A DNA stretch of 63,937 nucleotides, filler included, from Candidatus Hydrogenedentota bacterium (GTDB lineage: Bacteria > JBFMHD01): assembly GCA_040752395.1 (NCBI GenBank). It is 4 parts of 4 records of this genome, joined end to end, with 100 filler letters (N's around TTAATTAATTAA, not from the genome) between each part and the next. Parts side by side here need not be neighbours in the genome. Positions count along the whole stretch, not along the records: positions 16,871 to 33,504 come from JBFMHD010000036.1; 3 more parts are not named here. One strand, written 5' to 3'. Below, piece after piece: positions 17,242 through 26,207 of this stretch. Positions within the stretch are counted from its first letter, which is position 1. Every line of letters starts with the position of its first letter. The translations under genes and the position numbers were made by a program. Below the pieces are notes generated by a model. That model was given only the letters and a program-made list of their open reading frames with translations. It searched no databases and was not told the DNA's origin.

Positions 17242-19812
17242 ATGATTGGAACAATATTGAAAAAGATTTTCGGGAGTAAACACGAAAGAGATATTAAACG
17301 ATTACAGCCAGTTGTACAAGAGGTTAATCGGTTTGAAGATGAGATGGTGAGACTTTCGGATAAAGAACTTGCTGATAAAACCAGAGAGTTTAAAGGTAGA
17401 CTCCATGAAAAAGGGGAAACACTCGAAGATATATTACCAGAAGCTTTTGCTGTTGTAAGAGAAGCCGGGCGAAGAGCTATTAATATGCGGCATTTTGATG
17501 TCCAGATTATGGGAGGTGTTGTTCTTCATCAGGGTAAAATTGCTGAGATGAAAACTGGCGAGGGTAAAACACTTGTTGCTACATTACCATTATATTTGAA
17601 TGCTTTACTCGGCAAAGGAGTACATCTTGTTACTGTAAACGACTATCTTGCGAAGCGTGATACGATGTGGATGGGACCTGTTTATGATTTTTTAGGTATG
17701 AGTGTAGCTGTGATCCAGAATCGCGGTATAAGTGAGACTGAATCTTCGTTCAGACTCGTTAAGAAGGAGGATAAATATATTCTTGAGCCCTGCACAAGAA
17801 AAGAAGCCTATCAAGCAGATATTACTTATGGTACTAATAATGAATTCGGGTTTGATTATTTACGCGATAATATGGTGCCTGATTTATCGCTTTGTGTTCA
17901 ACGCGGTCATTTTTATGCTATCGTTGATGAGGTCGACTCAATTCTTATTGATGAGGCGCGTACACCTTTAATTATAAGTGGTCCCAGTGAAGAATCGACT
18001 GATAAATATTATAAAATAAACAGGGTGGTTCCCAGTTTAAGAAAAGTGAGTGATTTTGATGTTGATGAAAAGATGAATGCGGTGATGTTGCATGAAGAAG
18101 GCATATATAAAGTTGAGAGATTGCTTGGTGTTGGGAATTTATATGATCCGCAGAACGTGGCTTTAGTTCATCATGTTAATCAGGCGCTACGAGCACACCA
18201 TCTCTATAAACGCGATAAAGATTATATTGTAAAAGAGGGTCAGGTTATAATTGTTGATGAATTCACAGGAAGACTTATGCCTGGACGAAGGTTCTCTGAT
18301 GGGTTACATCAAGCGCTTGAAGCAAAAGAAGGTGTTAGAATTCAGGAAGAGAACCAGACACTTGCTACTATAACGTTTCAAAACCTATTTCGGATGTATG
18401 AGAAATTAGCAGGTATGACAGGTACCGCTGATACTGAGGCTATGGAATTTATGGAGATATATGGCCTTGATGTTGTTGTAATCCCCACAAACAAACCTAT
18501 GATTAGAACGGATTATTCTGACAGAATTTATAGAACACATAAAGAAAAGATAGAAGCGATTATTGAAGAGATATGTGAATGTTATGAAAAAGGCAGGCCT
18601 GTTCTTGTTGGTACTATCTCAATTGAAAAGAGCGAAGAGTTATCTGACCACCTGAGAAGGCGGGGAGTAAAACACGAAGTATTGAATGCTAAGTATCATG
18701 AGAAAGAGGCGATGATAGTAGCAAAAGCAGGTCAGCTTAAGGCTGTTACTATCGCTACAAATATGGCAGGTCGTGGAACTGATATTGTTTTAGGTGAAGG
18801 AGTAAAAGAATTAGGCGGATTGCATATTATTGGTACTGAGAGACACGAAGCTCGAAGGATAGATAACCAGCTCAGGGGTCGCTCAGGTCGTCAGGGCGAT
18901 GAGGGTTCATCAAGGTTTTATGTGGGGCTTGATGATGATTTGATGAGATTATTTGGGTCTGACAGAATAGCAAATATGATGCAGACCTTTAACTGGGAAT
19001 ACGGTATGCCGATAGAGCACCCCTGGATAACAAAAGCGATAGAGAATGCTCAAAAGAAAGTAGAATCGCATAATTTTGATATAAGAAAACATCTTCTTGA
19101 ATACGACGATGTTATGAATACGCAAAGAACAGAGGTTTACAGAAAAAGGCAGGAGATACTTTCTGATGAAGATAATAGAGGAACCATCTTAAAGCTTGCG
19201 GAAGATGTTTTTGAGGAAGAGTTCGAAAAATACTATCACAAAGTAGCGAGTCCTGAAGAAGTGGATTGGAAGAGTTTTCTTAAGATATTAAAGAGTATTT
19301 TTGGGCTTGAGGTAATTGAGGAATCATTTGAAATTTTAAAAGGACATCGGCATAAATTGTATGAGTTTTATTTTGGTTTGATAAAAGATACTTATCAGAG
19401 ATATATTCAGGAATTATCTATAGAAGAATCAAAATTTATAGAACGTATGATACTTATACAGACGCTTGATGCTTTATGGAAAGAGCATCTTTATACCCTT
19501 GATTCTTTGCGAGAGGGTATAGGTTTACAGGCATACGGTCAGAAGGACCCGCTTGTTATGTATAAAACCGAATCATCTGCTTTATATGATGAGATGTGGA
19601 TAAATTTTGCTTATCAGGTTATTAATAATATATTCAGGGTAATACGAATGCGGGTGGATGATAGAGAAAAAAAACATAGAGAAGAAGAAAAGAGAACAGA
19701 GTTTCCTCAAAGATTTGAGGTAAAGAAACAGAGATTTAAAGGCAAGATAGGGAGAAACGAACCCTGTCCCTGCGGCAGCGGTAAAAAGTATAAAAAATGT
19801 TGCGGCAGATAA
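17242..19812 (+). CDS. secA: Preprotein translocase ATPase SecA
   Basis: MKTGEGKT, DEVDSILIDEARTPLIISG, ATNMAGRGTDI, C-terminal GRNEPCPCGSGKKYKKCC. Confidence 0.99.
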   Translation: MIGTILKKIFGSKHERDIKRLQPVVQEVNRFEDEMVRLSDKELADKTREFKGRLHEKGETLEDILPEAFAVVREAGRRAINMRHFDVQIMGGVVLHQGKIAEMKTGEGKTLVATLPLYLNALLGKGVHLVTVNDYLAKRDTMWMGPVYDFLGMSVAVIQNRGISETESSFRLVKKEDKYILEPCTRKEAYQADITYGTNNEFGFDYLRDNMVPDLSLCVQRGHFYAIVDEVDSILIDEARTPLIISGPSEESTDKYYKINRVVPSLRKVSDFDVDEKMNAVMLHEEGIYKVERLLGVGNLYDPQNVALVHHVNQALRAHHLYKRDKDYIVKEGQVIIVDEFTGRLMPGRRFSDGLHQALEAKEGVRIQEENQTLATITFQNLFRMYEKLAGMTGTADTEAMEFMEIYGLDVVVIPTNKPMIRTDYSDRIYRTHKEKIEAIIEEICECYEKGRPVLVGTISIEKSEELSDHLRRRGVKHEVLNAKYHEKEAMIVAKAGQLKAVTIATNMAGRGTDIVLGEGVKELGGLHIIGTERHEARRIDNQLRGRSGRQGDEGSSRFYVGLDDDLMRLFGSDRIANMMQTFNWEYGMPIEHPWITKAIENAQKKVESHNFDIRKHLLEYDDVMNTQRTEVYRKRQEILSDEDNRGTILKLAEDVFEEEFEKYYHKVASPEEVDWKSFLKILKSIFGLEVIEESFEILKGHRHKLYEFYFGLIKDTYQRYIQELSIEESKFIERMILIQTLDALWKEHLYTLDSLREGIGLQAYGQKDPLVMYKTESSALYDEMWINFAYQVINNIFRVIRMRVDDREKKHREEEKRTEFPQRFEVKKQRFKGKIGRNEPCPCGSGKKYKKCCGR

Positions 19813-19868
19813 TTTTTTTATTGACAATTATAGATAGAAGATAAAAAATAAAAATAGGAGATAGATTG

Positions 19869-20996
19869 ATGGGTAAAAAGAAACGCAAAGTATCGAAACA
19901 GATAGAGGAAAGTTTAGGAGCGGCACAACCACAACCTGCTGAACAACCAACTACCCCACAACAAGAATTTTTACCTGAAGAAGAGATCCAGCCTGAAGGT
20001 ATTGAGTTATCCTGGAAATGGCATATTATAACGTATCTTATTGTTGCGACTGTTATATGTATTTTATTTTTTACTTATGTAAAAATAATGCATAATATAT
20101 CAGTGAAAAATTTTAAGATCGCTTGTGATGTGATGAAGTGGGGTGAAGAATTAGCTAAAGCTTCGGATAAAACTCAATACGATAATATAATTAAAGAGAT
20201 AGAACCTGAATTTTTAGAATTACAAAAAAGTATCATTTTTCTTACAAGTTATATATCTGAGATAGATCAAAATCGTAGGAAATTCGATGAAAAAGAGCAG
20301 ACCCCACGCTGTGAAGCGATCGATACTCGGCTTGAAACAGCCCATAGGTTAATTGAAAAAAATATCCAACCTTTATTAACGAACAATGGCATCCAGCTAA
20401 TGTGGAATGATTATATTAAAAAAAAGGATTACCTTAAAGAACAATTAAAAAACTATTTCAATACAAAAGACTACACAAAGAATTATCTTATAACTGAAGC
20501 GATAGAGGATTTTGTACCGGCAGTAGAGAAAGTTGCATTATTATGGGACTTAGAGAATATATATAAAGTTGCTATAGCAAAATATATTGATGCGATAAGA
20601 TTTGAGAGAACAAATAAAGAGGCCTGGCTTGCTATTTCTCGCGCATATTTAAAGAACCAGTGGGAAGACCAGGCACTTGAGAGTTATATGCGAGTTATAT
20701 GGCTTGATAGAAAGGGTGGCAAATATTACAAAGAGGCTTTTGCTGATATCGATTCAATGATAAATCGCCAGCCACCATATCGCGATGCTATGTTTTATAA
20801 AGCTATAGGATTATGTATCCTTGAAAGATTTATCGAGGCATCTCAATCATTAAAAAGTTATTTAGAGACACAGGGTCATTCTATCTGGGTTGAAGAGGCA
20901 CAGAAACTTAAAAAAATGACCGATGCAGAGGAACGTAAAAATATCAGGAAATATTTAGCAGATGATTTATGGATACACGGTAGGACTTCTTTTTAG
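19869..20996 (+). CDS. Single-TM membrane-anchored helical/TPR-like hypothetical protein
   Basis: One TM segment (IITYLIVATVICILFFTYV), TPR-like C-terminal helices. Confidence 0.6.
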   Translation: MGKKKRKVSKQIEESLGAAQPQPAEQPTTPQQEFLPEEEIQPEGIELSWKWHIITYLIVATVICILFFTYVKIMHNISVKNFKIACDVMKWGEELAKASDKTQYDNIIKEIEPEFLELQKSIIFLTSYISEIDQNRRKFDEKEQTPRCEAIDTRLETAHRLIEKNIQPLLTNNGIQLMWNDYIKKKDYLKEQLKNYFNTKDYTKNYLITEAIEDFVPAVEKVALLWDLENIYKVAIAKYIDAIRFERTNKEAWLAISRAYLKNQWEDQALESYMRVIWLDRKGGKYYKEAFADIDSMINRQPPYRDAMFYKAIGLCILERFIEASQSLKSYLETQGHSIWVEEAQKLKKMTDAEERKNIRKYLADDLWIHGRTSF

Positions 20997-21004
20997 AAGA
21001 TAGA

Positions 21005-21071
21005 AGCTCGGAGTTCGTAGTTCGTAGAGCTGAGCTCCTAACTCCTAACCTCGAAGTTTTTCGAAGGAGTC
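21005..21071 (+). repeat. GGAGTT/AACTCC heptamer hairpin module ending in TTTTTCGAAGGAG
   Basis: Related to 31195-31283; supplies the RBS of gene 21080. Confidence 0.7.
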
Positions 21072-21079
21072 AACATTTA

Positions 21080-21385
21080 ATGTTGAAAAAAATAGAGAAG
21101 TTTTTACAGGAATGGTTGATCGTGATATTATTGATACTTATGGTCATTGCAGCATTCCTTGCTTATGGTTCACCATTCCCGGTAATTGAGTTATTAATAG
21201 AGGGTGATGAGATAGCGTGGCGGGGTGTTAAAGTAATTTTTGGTTGGATTATTGCCGGATTCGTCATTGTTTTTATTTATAACTGGATTTATGATTTTTT
21301 TACTAAAAGTGAAGACAAAGTGGATTTAGATAAACAAGCGACTATTACTCGAAAAGAGGATAATAGTAAACAACAGAAGAAGTGA
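21080..21385 (+). CDS. Small two-TM hypothetical protein
   Basis: Two hydrophobic segments, RBS, stop overlaps the larE start. Confidence 0.65.
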   Translation: MLKKIEKFLQEWLIVILLILMVIAAFLAYGSPFPVIELLIEGDEIAWRGVKVIFGWIIAGFVIVFIYNWIYDFFTKSEDKVDLDKQATITRKEDNSKQQKK

Positions 21386-22191
21386 AAGAAAGTTTAATAA
21401 AATTCGAGAAACTAAAAGAGTGGTTAGTTGATACTTGTGGGGTAGTGATTGCTTTTTCAGGTGGTGTGGATAGTAGTTTTCTTTCATACACAGCAAGTTG
21501 TGTTAAAGATATAATTAAAGTAATACTTGTTACAGCAAAGAGCGAGACTTATGACCCTATCTCTTGCGAAGAAGCTAAAACAATCGCAAATGGTCTAAAA
21601 CTCAAGCATATATTAATTGATACATCTGAACTGGATATCCCCGGTTTTAAAAATAACGATAAGAACAGGTGTTATTATTGTAAATACGAGCTTTTTTCTA
21701 AACTGAAAAAGATTGCAGAAGAAAAAGGTATATCTGTAGTCTGTGATGCTACAACAAAAAGCGATGAAAACGATTATAGACCCGGTTTCAAAGCAAGAGA
21801 CGAACTGGGAATAAAAAGCCCACTACAGGAAATCGGGTTTTACAAAGAAGAAATAAGAAAACTATCAGAATATTTTAATTTACCTGACCCTTACAGACCT
21901 GCTACTGTTTGTTATGCTTCAAGGTTTCCGTATGGAGAAGAGATAACAAAAGAAAAGATTAATAAAGTATCACAATGCGAAACTTTTTTAAAAAATATAT
22001 TTCATAATAAAAATATAAGGGTAAGATATCATAAAGAGGTTGCACGGATTGAAATTGATAGTGATGTTATTGATAAAATCCTTGATAATAGGGATCTCAT
22101 CATCCCTGTTTTTAAAAGAAGCGGATTTAGATTTATCACACTTGATCTTGAGGGATACAGACAGGGTAGTTTTAATTTCCCCACACACTAA
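21382..22191 (+). CDS. larE: LarE-family ATP-dependent sulfur transferase (PP-loop)
   Basis: AFSGGVDSS, RCYYCK, DYRPG, SPL, VCYASRFPYG, RVRYH..ARIE, LDLEGYRQGS. Confidence 0.9.
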   Translation: MKESLIKFEKLKEWLVDTCGVVIAFSGGVDSSFLSYTASCVKDIIKVILVTAKSETYDPISCEEAKTIANGLKLKHILIDTSELDIPGFKNNDKNRCYYCKYELFSKLKKIAEEKGISVVCDATTKSDENDYRPGFKARDELGIKSPLQEIGFYKEEIRKLSEYFNLPDPYRPATVCYASRFPYGEEITKEKINKVSQCETFLKNIFHNKNIRVRYHKEVARIEIDSDVIDKILDNRDLIIPVFKRSGFRFITLDLEGYRQGSFNFPTH

Positions 22192-22279
22192 ATCAGTTGA
22201 AGAATCTGATTTTTAGCGAGGCTTTTGTGCTCAATTGTTCTTGATATTTTTAATATAATAGATATATTATACATAAAAA

Positions 22280-22975
22280 ATGAGAAAGAATACCATTAGT
22301 TTCAGAACAAAACTTTTAAATACGTTAAAAATATTAAAAGATATATTACCCCACACCATAATTATCGGGTCTGAGGTGCCAAATTTAATCCGCATTAATA
22401 AAAAAGTTGACCTGTTTGTGTCAGAGGATATTGATGTTGGCATCCCTGTTTTGAAATTTAAAATTATAAAGAGTGGAATAAAACGATTGTTAAAAAAATA
22501 TTACGTTTCCAGAGATGAACCGTCCATTTTATGTCCGAAGACCAACGAACTTCTGGAAATAAATTTTTTGGGCATTGATAAGAATCTGGATGATCTTGAC
22601 GACGTTTACATCTTCAGGGATGGTCTGGTATCTTTCATAGTATTTGGAACACTCTCCCTGATAAAAGGGAAAAAAGTAAGTATAAATGGTATGAAAGTTA
22701 TTCTTGCAGAGCCGGCATCTTTACTCGTTGAGAAACTCTTGACTGAACGAAGCCATATTAAAGGAGAGCGTGACATTATAGTGGCCGGTCTGCTCCTTGA
22801 AGTTATTGACATAAAAAAAGAGATGAAGCACATACTTGCGATGATTAATGCTTTGAATAAAGATAAAAGATATTTAATACAGGATAATCTTTCGACCTTG
22901 ATACTCATCACAGAGTCACGTAAATATGATTTTAACACGAAAAAGATGAAAAGATTGCTGGCAGGATTAAAATAG
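22280..22975 (+). CDS. Putative nucleotidyltransferase-fold protein
   Basis: IIIGS...VSEDIDVG and LLVEKLL..R..KGERD resemble the G-[GS]..DxD / K..K..RD pattern of AbiEii/DUF6036-like NTases. Confidence 0.5.
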   Translation: MRKNTISFRTKLLNTLKILKDILPHTIIIGSEVPNLIRINKKVDLFVSEDIDVGIPVLKFKIIKSGIKRLLKKYYVSRDEPSILCPKTNELLEINFLGIDKNLDDLDDVYIFRDGLVSFIVFGTLSLIKGKKVSINGMKVILAEPASLLVEKLLTERSHIKGERDIIVAGLLLEVIDIKKEMKHILAMINALNKDKRYLIQDNLSTLILITESRKYDFNTKKMKRLLAGLK

Positions 22976-22977
22976 GT

Positions 22978-23349
22978 ATGGGTAATCTGGTATCTCTTGA
23001 AAAAAAAGTGAAGAATTATAAAAAGAATCTGTTAAAGAAAAGATATGAATATAATCAGCGCAATACTGCAAACAGGATATGGCTGATATTGAAGAAGAAT
23101 TTGGCGTTAGCAGAGGAGGTTATTGAGATATCTGAGCGGGTTAAAAATGACCTGCTCAAGAGAAGAAAAATAGATTTTCTCTTAGAATTGGAGACTATAT
23201 CAGATAATAAAATATCAGTATACTGTGGGAGACTTGACATTATGAAAAGTATAAAGTATAAAAAGTTAGAAAAAAGCAGTGTTCATTTTATTAATTCGTC
23301 CGTAAACCGAAACATAGTTTTTATGTTCCGCTCCTTCATTTATAATTAA
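22978..23349 (+). CDS. Hypothetical basic protein, probably paired with the upstream NTase
   Basis: 2-bp gap from the upstream gene; no recognised motif. Confidence 0.5.
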   Translation: MGNLVSLEKKVKNYKKNLLKKRYEYNQRNTANRIWLILKKNLALAEEVIEISERVKNDLLKRRKIDFLLELETISDNKISVYCGRLDIMKSIKYKKLEKSSVHFINSSVNRNIVFMFRSFIYN

Positions 23350-23863
23350 GCAGATATTTTTCATCAAGTGGGATGAATTCATCAGCAACACTCTTAAGTT
23401 CTTGCGAGGTTGAGTTCGGGAATGCAGAGACCTCAACTTTTACCCCTTTTGCAATCTTTAGATAATTAACAAGCGAAGCAAAATCACCATCCCCAGAAAC
23501 AAGTATAACAACATCAGCAACCTCACTGATGATAATAGCATCCATTGCGATACCGATATCCCAGTTACCTTTTGCACTGCCGTCGGGCCGCTTTATGAGT
23601 TGTTTTGTTTTAATCTCGTAGCCGATATCTTTTAAGGCGCTGATAAAATTCTGTTGCAATTTTAAATCAGTTACTACGATATAACATATAGCACGAACCA
23701 GACTCCGATTACCAACACAATAATGCATCAATTTAGCAAAATCTATTTTCGGCTCATATCTTAGTTTTTTATGATGAGACCTCATTTTTTTATATTCGTA
23801 CTGAGCGCCATAAAAAATGTTCTGCACATCAACGAACATAGCACATCTCTGATTTTTTAACAT
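23336..23863 (-). CDS. NYN-domain (LabA/DUF88, PIN-like) protein
   Basis: FVDVQNI, KGNWDIGIAMDA, LVSGDGDF, ELKSVADEF. Confidence 0.9.
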   Translation of the reverse strand: MLKNQRCAMFVDVQNIFYGAQYEYKKMRSHHKKLRYEPKIDFAKLMHYCVGNRSLVRAICYIVVTDLKLQQNFISALKDIGYEIKTKQLIKRPDGSAKGNWDIGIAMDAIIISEVADVVILVSGDGDFASLVNYLKIAKGVKVEVSAFPNSTSQELKSVADEFIPLDEKYLLNYK

Positions 23864-23876
23864 AGCTAATACCTCA

Positions 23877-24500
23877 TCAAAACCGTCCCCATTTTTTTAT
23901 TTCGGAAATAAAATATGCTTTTACCTGATCCCACGGGAGCTTCTTTAACAGTACAGGTGGTTCATCAGGTTCAGCATCATTAAAAAATACTAAACTCTTC
24001 TGTATATGAATAAGATTAGAAGCTAATTTCCCATATTTTTTATTATAAAAATTTAGTACCTGGGGCAAACTATAAGCGGATTTACAGATAAAATACAGAT
24101 CAATAAAATCCCTTTTTAACCCTCGAGTTGCTATGGCATCTATCTTCATTGCTGCTATATCTCTAATATCAGCGATGTTCAATGAAACATATTTCAGCAG
24201 AGGGCTGATCAAAGGATACTTATAAATAAAAAGGCTGAATCTTATACCTTCAAAAATACCTATAACAGAACCTTTATCTGCCTGTTCCTCCTTAAACTCT
24301 CCTATTTCTGATAATACAAAAGAAAAATCTTTTGGGACAAATTCTTGAGTTGTAAAAAAATCAAAATCTACAGAGATGCGATGGCCTAATTGAAGTGATA
24401 GTGCTGTGCCACCAGCTAAATATGCATCTTTTAAAATACCTGAGTTGCCTAATAAGACCAGATTCTTTTTTGCCCTTTTCGAGAGTGATTTTTCAAACAT
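23877..24500 (-). CDS. AbiEii/AbiGii-family nucleotidyltransferase toxin
   Basis: YLAGGTAL.LQLGHRISVDFDFF, DIAAMKIDAI.TRG.KRDFIDLY. Confidence 0.85.
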   Translation of the reverse strand: MFEKSLSKRAKKNLVLLGNSGILKDAYLAGGTALSLQLGHRISVDFDFFTTQEFVPKDFSFVLSEIGEFKEEQADKGSVIGIFEGIRFSLFIYKYPLISPLLKYVSLNIADIRDIAAMKIDAIATRGLKRDFIDLYFICKSAYSLPQVLNFYNKKYGKLASNLIHIQKSLVFFNDAEPDEPPVLLKKLPWDQVKAYFISEIKKWGRF

Positions 24501-24751
24501 AATACCTTATGGTGGGGGATGGAAAGTAACAGTGCCCAAAAATTGGCACTCTTCCTGGAATAACCACGATAATTAGATAGAACATCCTTTATTTCATTTT
24601 TCCTGAAATGTTTCCACATCCATGCAACACTCTTCTTGTCACCATATTCCAGAATTCTCCGCAAGATGTAGACTCTGTTTCTATCTAATGTTATTTTGTC
24701 AAATTCAATATCCCAAAAATACTTCTTTAAAAATACGGGTAATTTCTTCAT
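24449..24751 (-). CDS. DUF6922-family putative antitoxin
   Basis: LKKYFWD...YIL.RILEYGD..W...SANFW; start placed at ATG 24751. Confidence 0.75.
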   Translation of the reverse strand: MKKLPVFLKKYFWDIEFDKITLDRNRVYILRRILEYGDKKSVAWMWKHFRKNEIKDVLSNYRGYSRKSANFWALLLSIPHHKVLCLKNHSRKGQKRIWSY

Positions 24752-25035
24752 TAGATATCTTTTTCTTCCCCAAATAATAAAATTAAGTATAGACTGCACA
24801 ATTAGAGTATATAACTTGTAAAAACTATGTCAACGCAAAATTACTGCCTCATCTGTCTCTTTGACAACAAGGTTTCTGTTTTTTGGGGTACAATTTGCTT
24901 TTGCAGTATGGCATAGCAGCTTTCAGATGGCAAAAAGGGTTGAGGCACTGCCTCATTGGAACTTTTCTTGCATAAATTAGTTTTGTAAGTAAAATAATGG
25001 ACAATTTCGTTAATTTTGCCTTTTAACTTTTAACT

Positions 25036-25315
25036 TGTCAGAGGAGTACTCATGAGCGCGGGTTGCGCTCTACACTATTGGGCTCTTGGGTTCTTGGGTT
25101 ATTGCGTTTTTGCGCTCTACACAAGGTATGAAAAACTAAAGATGATATAAAAAGAGTCGTGAGTCACAAGTCGCAAGTCGTGAGTCAAAACAGGACTCGA
25201 GACTCAAGACTCAAGACTTTTCAGCAGGCTCCGGGCTTCGGGCTCCAGCCGGCTGTAGTCCGTAGCCTGTAGCCTGTACCCCGAATTATTAGAGTTGCGA
25301 AGTTTTTCAGAGGAG
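25036..25315 (+). repeat. Full modular repeat unit directly upstream of the BMC gene, supplying its RBS
   Basis: REP-like hairpin 25054-25075, GAGTC/GACTC and GGCT/AGCC blocks, ending TTTTTCAGAGGAG then ATG 25323. Confidence 0.9.
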
Positions 25316-25322
25316 ATTATAT

Positions 25323-26198
25323 ATGGTATTAGAAAAAGCATTAGGTTTTGTTGAAACAAAAGGGTATACCGGTGTCATTGAAGCAACTGATGTTATGCCT
25401 AAAACCAGTGAAGTAGAGTATTTCCATCATGTATTAATAGGTGGTAGTTATGTAACAACAGTATTCAGGGGTGAAGTTGGTGCTGTGCGGAGCGCTGTGG
25501 AACGTGCGAGCGAACAATCTGCTAAAGTAGGAACATTGCATACCTCTAATGTAATCCCAAGACCATTTGATGCGATATTTGATTTTATAAATAAACTTAA
25601 AGAAGTAGAAATAGATGATCCTGCTATGCAGGCGCTTGGCATGATAGAGACCGTTGGTTTTGTTCCGATGATTGAAGCAGCGGATGCAGGGTTAAAAGCA
25701 GCTAAAGTTATTGCATCAAACTGGGTAACTATTGGCGCAGGATATACTACAGTATTTTTTAGAGGCGAAGTAGCTGCTGTAAGGTCAGCGGTTGATGCTG
25801 GTGTTAATGCTTCTCAACGCGTTGGCGAAATAATCTCTCAGCATGTTATACCACGACCACATCAACTGACTAATCTAAGGCTGCCTGTAGGTAAACCCAA
25901 AAATCTTGAACCACTTGATAAAAAAGCCGGCTTGGGTGAAGCACTTGGTATAATTGAAACAAGGGGTATGGCAGCACTTGTTGAAGCAGCTGACGCTGGT
26001 GTTAAAGCTGCAAGAACTATTATTACAGGGTTTTATAAGGTCGGTTCTGGTTATGTTACAACTACTTTTAGAGGTGATGTGGCTGCTGTCAGGGCTTCTG
26101 TCGAGGCAGCTTCTGCTGCTTCTTCCAAAGTTGGTAAACTTGTATCTGTTCACGTTATCCCAAAACCATATCAATCCGTTGAATCATTGCTATATTAA
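25323..26198 (+). CDS. Bacterial microcompartment shell protein with three tandem non-permuted BMC domains
   Basis: Three copies of ALG.[IV]ET.G....EA.D...K....[IV]G.[GS]Y.T..FRG[ED]V.AVR..V.....V.IP[RK]P. Confidence 0.95.
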   Translation: MVLEKALGFVETKGYTGVIEATDVMPKTSEVEYFHHVLIGGSYVTTVFRGEVGAVRSAVERASEQSAKVGTLHTSNVIPRPFDAIFDFINKLKEVEIDDPAMQALGMIETVGFVPMIEAADAGLKAAKVIASNWVTIGAGYTTVFFRGEVAAVRSAVDAGVNASQRVGEIISQHVIPRPHQLTNLRLPVGKPKNLEPLDKKAGLGEALGIIETRGMAALVEAADAGVKAARTIITGFYKVGSGYVTTTFRGDVAAVRASVEAASAASSKVGKLVSVHVIPKPYQSVESLLY

Positions 26199-26207
26199 AG
26201 AGAATAT

